A DNA stretch of 64,000 bases from Schmidtea polychroa. Lineage: Eukaryota. The position numbers and the translations under genes were made by a program. The notes beneath the pieces were generated by a model. That model did no database searches. It was not told the DNA's origin and worked only from the letters and a program-made list of their open reading frames with translations. The stretch is from the NCBI GenBank assembly GCA_044892525.1, contig CM097885.1, positions 3,350,001 to 3,414,000 of the forward strand, read 5' to 3'. Of this stretch, positions 51,550 through 64,000 are shown piece after piece; position 1 is the first letter of the stretch; each line of letters opens with the position of its first letter.

Positions 51550-52550
51550 ATTTTTATATTATTTTACCTAGCAATAGCTGTCCACTTATTCATCCAGATA
51601 ATAAAGCCAGCAAATTCAGGGTCAATCTTCAAAATCCGATATATTTGGATAATAGCTGGGAAGTTGCTCTGTTGGATTTTACATTTGTATACCAAGCCTT
51701 TCCATTTTATAGTAAGGCTAAAATTGGATACAAAAAGAATGAGTGGCAGGATAGATTATTGTCTATGATCATTGATAATGCAGATGATGAAGTTCGGTTG
51801 TCTAATTCAACTGATCCAGCTGTGAAAATGTATATTAACCATCCATATATAGTAGTTGAATGTAAAAATTATCCTTTTACTGTAAAATTTGATAGTTTGG
51901 AAATGGCAAAACGATTGGAATTAAAAACCCAAAGTCATAAAGTTCTTTCCGATAAATTCACTGTGCTACGACCGGGATATTCTAAAACTGTACAGCGATT
52001 TGAACCAATTTTATTTACAGTTTCATATCCGGGTATAACGTCTGGTACATTTGAGTTCAAAGATAATTTATACATTTCGAAATTGGATGAATTACAGACA
52101 TATTTAAAACAAAGTGGTTTATTTAAATCATTGGAAATATCAGACAGATTCAAATTCAGTTTGAATCCCGAATTTACGGAAATTACTTTTGATGCAAATC
52201 TAATAAAAACATTAGGATTATCAAAAGCAACATATGCTCAAGATGATCAAGGTACCCTAGCTCCGAAAATAATTAAACTTCACCAACAAATGTTCATCTA
52301 TAGTAATATTGTTGATCCTGTAATTGTTGGCGATTCTTTGGTCCCACTCCTGAAATCTGTTTGGATTGAAAAATATGAACATGATGAAGTAGTCAATATA
52401 AATATCGATAATCCCATGTATTTACCTGTGTCAACCTCATGTATAAACAATATAGAAATAAATATACGTGATGATTCTGGTAAATTAATCGCATTTCCAA
52501 AAGATTCAAAAACTCATTTAACATTACATTTTCGTAAAGTAGATGGCTAA
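51546..52550 (+). CDS. Minor capsid (penton-like) protein
   Basis: FYIILPSNS..N..S.F.V.L..PI.L..WEVAL start; IYSNIV.P.IVGDS..PLL and YLPV end; ATGA overlap with integrase. Confidence 0.88.
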   Translation: MNFYIILPSNSCPLIHPDNKASKFRVNLQNPIYLDNSWEVALLDFTFVYQAFPFYSKAKIGYKKNEWQDRLLSMIIDNADDEVRLSNSTDPAVKMYINHPYIVVECKNYPFTVKFDSLEMAKRLELKTQSHKVLSDKFTVLRPGYSKTVQRFEPILFTVSYPGITSGTFEFKDNLYISKLDELQTYLKQSGLFKSLEISDRFKFSLNPEFTEITFDANLIKTLGLSKATYAQDDQGTLAPKIIKLHQQMFIYSNIVDPVIVGDSLVPLLKSVWIEKYEHDEVVNINIDNPMYLPVSTSCINNIEINIRDDSGKLIAFPKDSKTHLTLHFRKVDG

Positions 52551-52911
52551 TTCGGATATTATTAGTATGTATAGTGGTAGCCAATCTGGCGGTGAATTAC
52601 CATATTTTATTGGTAAACAGTACGGATCAGGATGGTTGAGAACAATTGGTAGATTTGCACTTCCTATTCTTAAACGTATTGGTAGTTTTGGTATGAAAAC
52701 TGCTAAAGATGTTATTATGAATGAACAGAAAATATTACCATCTCTAAAATCAAATGCTTTAGCAGAATTAGGGAAAGTTTTACCCGGGGTTGCAGGTATG
52801 TTTCAAAAAGAAAAACCTCCAGCTCCAGCTCATGCTCCAAAACGTAAAAGACATGGAATATCACGTATAAACAAACGAATGAAAGGCCATGGAACTATAT
52901 TTGCAAAATGA
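52543..52911 (+). CDS. Small virion core/membrane-lytic-like protein
   Basis: QSGG, QYGSGW and amphipathic LRTIGRFALPILKRIG; lies directly upstream of the major capsid gene. Confidence 0.72.
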   Translation: MANSDIISMYSGSQSGGELPYFIGKQYGSGWLRTIGRFALPILKRIGSFGMKTAKDVIMNEQKILPSLKSNALAELGKVLPGVAGMFQKEKPPAPAHAPKRKRHGISRINKRMKGHGTIFAK

Positions 52912-54131
52912 TTTGTGGTAAATCTGAATTATGTATATTTGATAGACCGTCGCCCCAGGCTGTAATAGAATTTGGGGCGTTTGAGGAAGTTTTTCCAATG
53001 AATTCAATTACCGATAGTAGAAATGATATAGAGTTTTATATTAATGGTTCGCAAACTGAATATTTAGATTTGAACGATACTTTATTGACTGTTCAGATTA
53101 AGGTTGTAGATAAAGATAAAAAAGCTTTGGGTGATGCTGCTGATGCAATACCGAACAATTTCATGTTTCATACTCTTTTTAAAGATGCTGTGTTGGGATT
53201 TAATAATATCAAGATTGAAGGTGGTAATAATACATTCATTCACAAGGCTTTGATAGAAACTATTTTAAATTACAATTCCGATACTAAAAATACATGTCTT
53301 ACTCCAATGGGATATGCTGCAACCGACGATGAAAGAAAAAAGTGGATTAAAGGCTCAAAAACATTCACCATGTGTTCATCGTTACAACTCGATTTTATGG
53401 ATCAACCGAAATATTTGCTTCCAGGAGTTAATGTCCACATTCGATTGAAAAGATCCGATTCTGCACTAACTCTTACTAGTGCTACAGGTGCACCAATATG
53501 TCAATTAGTTGATGCAAAATTATTGGTGAGAAGAGTTCGAGTAGACCCCTCAGTATTAGCTGGTCATCAATTGGGTCTTAATTCAAAACATGCAATTTAT
53601 CCATTAAAAACAAAGGAAATTGTACAATTTGCTATTGCTAAAGGTGCTTCATCATTCTATAAAGAACAAATATTTGGTGACAGAAGAATGCCTAATTTTA
53701 TTCTGATAACATTTCAAAGTGAAGCACAATATAATGGATCATATACTGCGTCCAGCTCAATTTTCAAAAACTTTGGTGTTACATCATTGACTTTGTCGAA
53801 AAATACTGATTATAGAGAAACATATATTCAAGATTTCGAGAATGATAATTACTGTGCGACATATATGCAGAGTATTGTTAGAAATCTGGGTTATTTAGAT
53901 AAAAATTTGAATTGCGGAATAACTCTAGAAGATTTTAAAAGCAAATACCCATTTTTTACATTTGTTTTAGCCCCTGATTTTGATTTAAATCAAAGTCAAT
54001 TACCTCAAAATGGAAATTTACGACTGGATATAAAGTTTGCAAAAGCTATTACTGAACCAGTACATGTTATAATATATGGAGTATTTGAAAATGAAGTTCA
54101 AATTACTGCAAATAGAACTGTGTTGGTATAA
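52908..54131 (+). CDS. Major capsid protein
   Basis: KSELCIF start, YLDLNDT, HTLF, HKALIETILNY, QPKYLLPGV, GNLRLDIKF; 407 aa. Confidence 0.92.
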   Translation: MICGKSELCIFDRPSPQAVIEFGAFEEVFPMNSITDSRNDIEFYINGSQTEYLDLNDTLLTVQIKVVDKDKKALGDAADAIPNNFMFHTLFKDAVLGFNNIKIEGGNNTFIHKALIETILNYNSDTKNTCLTPMGYAATDDERKKWIKGSKTFTMCSSLQLDFMDQPKYLLPGVNVHIRLKRSDSALTLTSATGAPICQLVDAKLLVRRVRVDPSVLAGHQLGLNSKHAIYPLKTKEIVQFAIAKGASSFYKEQIFGDRRMPNFILITFQSEAQYNGSYTASSSIFKNFGVTSLTLSKNTDYRETYIQDFENDNYCATYMQSIVRNLGYLDKNLNCGITLEDFKSKYPFFTFVLAPDFDLNQSQLPQNGNLRLDIKFAKAITEPVHVIIYGVFENEVQITANRTVLV

Positions 54132-54158
54132 ATGTATATTGAAACATAAAAAGTTGTC

Positions 54159-54543
54159 ATGGAGTAAGTTGTTTTTTATACTCTGGATTTATTTAAGTAG
54201 TTCTGTTCAGGTCAATAAAATCGGAAAACAGATATTGGGAAATGAATTTGTTGGAGTTTTTCCTCTTGATAAAATTCCATATTTGAGCAATAATCAAGCA
54301 ATAATCGTCAATACTCATTCGTCACATCTTGGTGGAGAACATTGGATAGCTATATATATGAAACCTGGCAATATATTCGTGTTCGATCCTATGGGTTTTT
54401 ATTACCCGGCTTTGTTGATATCAAAACTACAAACAATGGGGAAACCTATTGTGTATAATAAAACTATGTTTCAAAATCCTTTGACCCAAACATGTGGTCA
54501 ACATTGTTTAGCTTGGTTATTGTACAAAAAATTTGATGTTTAA
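54159..54543 (+). CDS. Adenain-like maturation protease; probable intron 54164-54200
   Basis: GEHWIA, FDPMG, Q..TCGQHC catalytic motifs; ATGGA|GTAAGT..TAG| gives MDSVQVN. Confidence 0.9.
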
Positions 54544-54572
54544 TAAATGTATCCTTTCCTTTGTTGTTGTGA

Positions 54573-54625
<53 letters not shown>

Positions 54626-54959
54626 GTGAAAAATATTATTATTTTTAATTAATTTTATTATTATTCAAATAAATATTATTATTTGTAACATAAAGACTAC
54701 CTATGCCTGAAGCATGCACAGTGCAAGTTAACAAAGGCATGACTAACAAAGGCAGTCACATGTAATTTCTGAGTGATTTTCATTACATGCATGCATGCGT
54801 GTGATTGGTTGAGAGATGAAAATTCTAAGTTACTATGCGTGTGTGTCTAATTCTGATTGGGTGGGACATGAAATTTTTCATTCTCTTTATAAACATTGAC
54901 AAATCTAAAATTTGTCACAATTATTTTAAAATTTTCAAAAATTTTCAAAAATTTTCAAA

Positions 54960-55636
54960 ATGGACAAAAATAATATTTTAAGAAGCATGATGGCTTGCGA
55001 TAATGGTATATTATTTATTTTTATTTTATTTATTTTTATATATTTATTTTGTAGATGATTTATGGTACCAGGTGACCGAAAACGAGAATGGATTTAATTT
55101 GAATTGCACCTATGGTAATTTTATTTTTATTTATTTATTATTATTATTATTTAGATGTTATAATGTTGAGTGATGAAGAAGACGAAATAATAATTATTAG
55201 CGATGAAGAAGAAGAGGAATCACCAATTATTAATGATCACGACTTATCAAGTAAATTATTATTATTATTATTATTTAAAAAAAAAAAAAAACTGTTTTAG
55301 GAAATAGTCAAAGAGAAAATTCCCCCAATTTTGTTGGAGAAACAGAAAATTTAATAGGTGCCATCATTGAAGACACACGTAAATTTTTATTATTATATGT
55401 AATTTTTAAAAATTGATTTAGAAAGTTCAATTATTTTGGAGGACATATATGATCCTATCATGGATGATCTATATGCTCCCATTAATGTGGATGACAAGGA
55501 AATTGCTCCAGAGACAAGATTATTTAATACCCCTATTCGGGATGCTTCCATTCATGAGGTTTTTGATGCCCCCACTTTAACCGGTGATGACCTCTCTGAG
55601 GATGACACAGATTCAGATTCTGAATCTAAATGTTAG
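54960..55636 (+). CDS. Multi-exon (about 5) acidic protein with tandem SIM-like motifs
   Basis: NILRSMMACDN|DDLWYQVTE, VIMLSDEED, IIIISDEEEE, end ESKC*; upstream CCAAT and TATA-like boxes. Confidence 0.7.
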
Positions 55637-55729
55637 TTTTTTTTTTATTTATTTTATAAATATTTATTTTAATAAATTCTTAAATTAAAAATAACATTCT
55701 GTAGAATATTTAAATTATTTTAAACATAA

Positions 55730-55965
55730 ATTTTATGAAAAATGTTGAGATTTATATGAAACATGATGAAAATTATATGAAACATGATGATAAAAATGCT
55801 GAAAATTATATGAAACATGATGAAATTTATATGAAAAATGCTGCAATTTATATGAAACATGATGAAAATTATATGAAAAATGCTGAAATTTATATTAAAC
55901 ACGATGAAATTTATATGAAAAATGCCGAAATTTATATGAAACATGATGAAAATTATATGAAATTA
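55730..55965 (+). repeat. About 21-bp tandem repeat (GATGAAAATTATATGAAACAT-like)
   Basis: Units visible directly. Confidence 0.85.
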
Positions 55966-56011
55966 ATGATTCTAACTAATCTAGAGAATGTTATTTTTAT
56001 TTAAGTTTAGA

Positions 56012-56391
<380 letters not shown>

Positions 56392-56407
56392 TAATAATAA
56401 TAATAAC

Positions 56408-56443
<36 letters not shown>

Positions 56444-56563
56444 TGATATAACATAGGAATGTTATCAGTTATTCTATTTTATAATTATTCGATTATAAAA
56501 TAGATTAACTAATAACAATTAGTTATTATAGAATTATATATATACAATTTTTAAATAACTTTA

Positions 56564-57061
56564 TTGTTAATAGGTAGATTATACCCTCAATACTGTATGT
56601 CCTCACTTGGCCATTCAAATAAATGTCATAAGGATATGAAAAAATACTATGGCCATAAATTCTATGGCGTCAAGTACTATTTATGTCCCATATGCGAAAC
56701 TTGTCAGGACATAAAATATAAATCCTTTTTTAAGATACATAAAAGACATTTAAATCAATTTAGAATTAGTAAAAAACAGCTTTTTAGTATATTAAAAAGC
56801 AAACCAATACGAACAGTAGATAAAGCGCGACCTATACATAAGAAAACACAAAATAATAAAGCGCGACCTACACATAAGAAAACACAACATAATAATCCAT
56901 CCTTTGTTCCAAATTCGTCTGTGTTAAATTCACCTTCTATAAATAAACAAACTGCGATAAATTCAACGGTAATAAATCCTTCTGTGATAAGTTCTTCTGT
57001 GTTAAATTCAACTGTGATAAGTTCATCGGTAATAAATCCTTCTGTGATAAGTTCTTTTGTA

Positions 57062-57112
<51 letters not shown>

Positions 57113-60100
57113 CGGCCTGCTGTTAGTATTGGGTCTGGTGTTCCCTCAAAAATTACTAAAATTAATGATAACCCCATGTTTTATCAAGTAGGTGGTTCGG
57201 TCGATCTTGATGATGAACCAGAAATTGAAATCGATTTTAAGGGGGCACGAAAAAATTTAAGATTTGACGTTGAAAAGGATAATTTGGTTGAAATTTCCCT
57301 CACAAATAAGATTGTTGATAAATTAATTTCCGAAATGAAAGGAATGGGCACAGTCAAAATTCAGTTCACCATCCTCATCCAGTTTGAGAAAGATGGGGAA
57401 ATTAGAGATAATTTCTTCTCTAATAGCGCTGAAGTTTTTTCAGACACTTTTTTAATTAACGGTATTACAAAATTAAATAATAAAATAGAACGATTTACAT
57501 ATTTAGGGAGCGGATGGCGGGTAGTTAAAATTAAAGAGATTGATTTTATATTAAATAAATTTACAAATATAAATAGGTTAGCTGGCCATAGTTACATCCC
57601 CACACCTTCGGCTTTAAAAGCTAAGAAAGCAATATTAAACGTCAAAAACAACGACGATATGTGCTTTATATATAGTATATTAGCACTTTTAAAACGTGAC
57701 GAAGTACGCATGAATAACACCCGTGCTAGTACTTACCAAAAATATTTAGGTGAACTGAATTTTGACCCTATAGATGATTGCCCAATGAAATTATGCAATA
57801 TTCCTAAATTCGAGAGGAAAAATAAAGAATTAAATTTAGCAATAAATGTATTGACATATAGGAAAAGTCCAGCTAAGCCTATAGAACATCTAGATATAAA
57901 TTATGTACCCCATCATCCTCAATTAGACATCATTCACCGATCTAAGGTTATAGATGGTGAACCCCTATATTTATTGCTATTGGAAGACGGTGCTACTTTC
58001 CATTACACCGCAGTTTTTAATCTTAAAAAATTAATGAATTGCCACCCTAGTAATTCATGTAATATCCAAATTTGCGTAAACTGGTGCCCCCATTGCCTTA
58101 ATGGTTTCAGACACAGGAGTGCTTTTGACCTTCATGTAGACCTATGCCGTAAGAATCAGATAGGTACTACTTTATATACGCTCCCTAAAGAGAAAAATTT
58201 AATTTATAAAGATTATTCAAAAACAATAACCCCGCCATTCGTAATATATGCCGATTTTGAGGCAATTTTACCCGAAGATATTACCCACCATCAAAAACAC
58301 TTGCCAATAACAGCAGGCCTATTACTAATAAATAATTACACAAAAACAAAATTTTATTACGAGTTTGTTGGTGAAGATTGTGTGCTGTCTTTCTTACGTA
58401 AGGTGGAGGAAATTGCTGTCACAATTGTCCTGCCATATTACGATATTAATGGCCGAAGGCCTATGCAAACCTTGTCTTTCGCTGAAGATCGTGCTTTCTT
58501 TGATTCCAGGACCTGTTATCTCTGTAAAAAATTCATTCGTAGTAGAGTTAGGGATCATTGTCACTTCACAGGTAAGTATCTTGGTGCTGCCTGTAGGAAA
58601 TGTAATGTGTCTCGCAGAATTCAGAGACAGTTACCTGTTGTGTTCCACAATTTGAGGGGGTATGACCTCCATCATATTTTGAAGTATGGTTTAAATAATT
58701 TTCCTTCTTGGGAATTAAATATTATTCCAACCACTACGGAAAAATTTATCTCCCTCATCGCGTACATTAACAAATTGCCTGTTCGTTTTATTGACAGCAT
58801 GCAGTTTGTTAATTCATCACTTGCAAAAGCGGTTAAGACTCTTTCAGATCTGCCTTTAACTTCTTCTGTTTTTGATGGCGCAATTGTTCGCTCAAAAGGT
58901 ATCTTTCCTTATGACTTTGCTACATCTCTTGAGGTTCTGGAATCAACTCTTGAATTACCTCCTATTTGGGAATCGGTGTCTAATGATGAATATGAATTAG
59001 CCCAAGTTATTTGGACTCAACAAAATTGCAACAACATGTTAGATTACATGTTGACTTACCTTAAACTAGACGTATTTCTCCTTGCAGATTATTTTCAGCA
59101 ATTCCGTGAAAAGGCCATTGCATACAATGGTCTTGAACCTCTAAATTTCTATGGCATTCCCGGTATGTCATGGGCCTCAGCGCTTATGACATTAACGGAA
59201 CCCATAGAACTTTTACAGGACATGGAAATCTTTAATTTCTACGAAGGAGGAATACGGGGTGGGTTAACATTTGTTAACAAACATTATGTTGCAAGTTCTG
59301 AAGACACTGAACTCCTGTACATAGATATCAATAATTTGTATGGTTGGGCCTTAAGCCAAAATCTGCCTTATGCTGACTTTGTATGGGTGTATGATAATTT
59401 GGATTCTGTACTTTATGAATGTATGAATTCGGATATTGATAACCTTCCATATGGGTATACTATGGAAGTTGATATCGAAATTCCGGAATGTTTGCATGAT
59501 TTTTTAAATGACTTTCCTATTGCTCCGGAAAAGATGTGTCCACCGAACTCCAAAGTTGAGAAGTTGATGCTCACGCATTGGCCAAAGAAGAACCATGTTC
59601 TTCATTGGAGACTTCTTAAACTTTATCTTTCACTCGGTGTGAAGGTTGTTAAAATTTATCGAGCAGTTAAATTCACGCAAGCACCTATATTTAAACAATA
59701 TATTGACAAGAACACCACATTGAGAGCACAGTCAACCAGTGAGTTATATAGAGACTTGTTTAAGTTGTACAATAATAGCTTATACGGGAAATCCGTCGAG
59801 AATCTTAAAAAGCGGATGAATTTGAGACTATGCAATTCAGCTGAAAAGATGATTGTATATGCCTCAAAGCCGACTTTCAAGAAATCACTCAAAATTGATG
59901 ATGACTTGATTGCTGCACATCTGAAAAAGGATTCTATCTGTTTAGACAGACCTAGTTACATCGGTCAAACAGTTCTAGATCTGTCTAAACTGCGGATGTA
60001 CCAGCTCCAATATAATGAACTGGCGAAATATAGGATAGAATTTAATTGTGAGATAAATATCGTTGCCGGCGACACCGACTCCTTTTTCCTAGAGATAAAG

Positions 60101-60706
60101 AACTGTAAACTTCACACTCTTTTACCGGCAATGATAAGAGACAACCTTTTAGATACGTCGAATTACGATCCTGCTCATCCGTTGTACTCAAAGAGTTTGG
60201 ATTCGGTAATAGGAAAGTTTAAAGACGAGAGTAAAGGGCTGGGTTATCGCGAGTGGGTTTTCTTGCGCCCTAAGTGTTACAGTTTGTTAGGAGATAAGGA
60301 GACACTTAGGGCTAAAGGAGTTAAGTTAGACAAAACAGAGATAGGGCACCAGTCTTATTTAGACTGTTACAATAATAGTATAATATATTCAGTGCCACAA
60401 ACGAGGATAGGTACAAGAAACCACCAGCTCTTTACTTTTAAGAATAGGAAAATAGCCTTGTCGAACAACGATGACAAGAGGCTATGGGTGGGTCCTAATA
60501 CAAGTCTCGCATATGGGCATTATTTAGGAGTTGACAAAACTGATGATGATGGCCATGTATTTGACGGAGATGAACATGAAAATGGATATGTGGAGATAGG
60601 CCCACTTTTTGGAGGAATGAGCCCCAGTTTCGATGAGGGCGACGACTCAGATTCGAATACTGATATATGTGACACAGACATTGACGATATAATTTTGTCG
60701 GATTAA
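56564..60706 (+). CDS. Protein-primed family B DNA polymerase; true start uncertain
   Basis: Exonuclease YADFE, FHNLRGYD, YLKLDV; polymerase YIDINNLY, KLYNNSLYGK, GDTDS, KCY, KGV; Cys/His insert RDHCHFTG. Confidence 0.97.
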
Positions 60707-60965
60707 TATATCTTTTAAAACAATTTTGTGTTGATTTACAAATTTTTATTGAAAATTTTTATTGAAAACTGGTTATAGTTTTCGTTCTATGCTTAATCAT
60801 TATATTTTCATGTAAAATTAATAAATTCACAATGATTAAGCATAGAAATTGTTTTTGTAAAAGTAGTTTTTTATATAAATGTTAATAGTAGTTTGCAGTC
60901 AGCACGCAACTACTTCTCTATTTTTATTGGAAATTTTTATTGAAAACTAGTTGTTGAGCGTGACC

Positions 60966-62568
<1,603 letters not shown>

Positions 62569-62574
62569 CCTGTT

Positions 62575-63449
62575 CGAGATCATGATCATTTTACCGGTCA
62601 ATATCTCGGAGCAGCATGTCAAGATTGTAATTTGGCTAGAAGAATTAATCCGTCTTTACCTGTTGTATTTCACAATCTTCGTGGATATGACATTCATCAT
62701 ATATTAAAATATGCAATTGGAAAATTCCCAGATTGGAATTTAAATGTTATTCCACAATCAACAGAAAAGTTTCTCACACTTACAGCAACATCGAAAGGCA
62801 GAAGAATTAGATTCATTGATTCTTTACAATTTTTAAATAGCAGCTTGGCAAATTTATCAAAAAATTTACCATGTCTTCGACTGACCTCAGATGTTTTCGA
62901 ATCACAGATGATGACTTGTAAAACCATTTTTCCTTATGATATGGCTACATCAATGGATGTTTTACAGTCAATAACAGAATTACCTGCAATTTGGGAGGGA
63001 GTTAGTCAAGAAGATTATATACATGCAAATCGAATCTGGCAACAATACAACTGTGAGACATTGCTAGATTACATGCTAGTATATCTCAAGCTGGATGTTT
63101 TTCTGTTGGCCGATGTTTTTGAAGCTTTCAGAGAAAAAACATTTGACGAAGATGGACTTGAGGCTCTATCGTTTGTTTCCATACCCGGATTAAGTTGGGC
63201 ATCAGCTATTAAACAGTTACCTGAACCGATAGAACTTATTCAAGATCCAGAGCTTTACCGTTTATTTGAAGCTGGTATTCGTGGTGGAATGACATTTATC
63301 AACAAACATCATGTTGAAGCTGATGTATCAACACAAATGTCATACCTAGATGTTAATAATTTATATGGATGGGCTCTGTCGCAAAAACTTCCTGTTGGTG
63401 AATTTAGATGGATAAATGATCAGACTGAAATGAATGGTATTATTAAAAG
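62575..63449 (+). pseudogene. Element B pPolB, continuation; cut again by E
   Basis: KKIINIPV|RDHDHFTG joins in frame after removing C and one TSD copy; FHNLRGYD, GIRGG, YLDVNNLY. Confidence 0.93.
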
Positions 63450-64000
63450 AGTAGATGGAAGGGAGCCCGCTGGACCACATATACCCCCCCCCCGGGAAAA
63501 TTTTTTTTTAAAAATAAAAGGTCAAGGTCAATTTTTTAATAAAAGGTCAAGGTCATTTTTTTTTGTTTTATTAATTGGTCCAGCGGGCTCACACTTTTTT
63601 TCATCTTAAAAATTATCGTTCCCACCAAGAGATTTTATTGGACGATAGCTCATTGTAAAGCCCAGTGCAAGATCTATCTACTGATGTATAAAGATTATCA
63701 TCATCATTAATATTGACAAAGGTATTAACAAATGATGACCACCTTATTTTCATAGTTTGAATATGATTATTATTCAAAATATTATATGTGGTTCAGCGGC
63801 CACCTGGTTTTCGTTTGCCCAAAAGTTATCGTTCCAATCATTTTATTTCCTCGATCGATAGCTCATTGTGAAGCCCAGTGCAAGATCTATCTACTGATGT
63901 ATAAAGATTATCATCAGCATTAATATTGACAAAGTTATTAACGTTTTCCCGAGACCATTTTCAAGGTCATATTATTATTTTTTCAAAATATTATTTTCAA
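63450..64000 (+). mobile_element. Left TIR of another Polinton (element E), running off the window
   Basis: AGTAGATGG terminus, C-tract, AAGGTCA motifs and about 240-bp internal repeats; pPolB homology stops here. Confidence 0.85.

Noticed and set aside
55735..56004. 89-aa repeat protein
   Set aside because: Translation of a 21-bp tandem repeat lying between two genes
57059..57126. Intron removing the poly-Asn tract of C pPolB
   Set aside because: The obvious GT..AG span is 68 nt and would break a frame that is already open

Overview
Very AT-rich eukaryotic DNA with (AAT)n microsatellites and short GT-AG introns. It resembles an invertebrate such as a flatworm, but that is only an impression. 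Bases 1-24.6 kb hold probable minus-strand host exons, satellites, MITEs and decayed hAT, Tc1/IS630, LTR and LINE fragments, plus a chimeric ORF carrying part of proteasome alpha-6. Bases 24.7-64 kb are a pile-up of at least five Polinton/Maverick (polintovirus/adintovirus-like) elements, labelled here D (24679-~33148), A (~33149-40357), B (40409 onward), C (44555-62568) and E (63450 onward). C looks complete: 18,014 bp, long TIRs with AGTAGA...TCTACT ends and a 6-bp CCTGTT target duplication. It sits inside the intron-containing pPolB gene of B, which E interrupts again. Besides the core virus genes (pPolB, chromodomain integrase, ATPase, major and minor capsid, adenain protease), C carries a host-manipulation cassette: a minimal TBP, a spliced Bcl-2 homologue, a GPI-anchor-like secreted protein and a SIM-bearing acidic protein. 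D belongs to a different lineage and has a zinc finger-PLA2-integrase fusion and two tandem tRNA-type Pol III promoter units reminiscent of adenovirus VA RNAs. All homology calls come from motifs recognised by eye; no searches were run.
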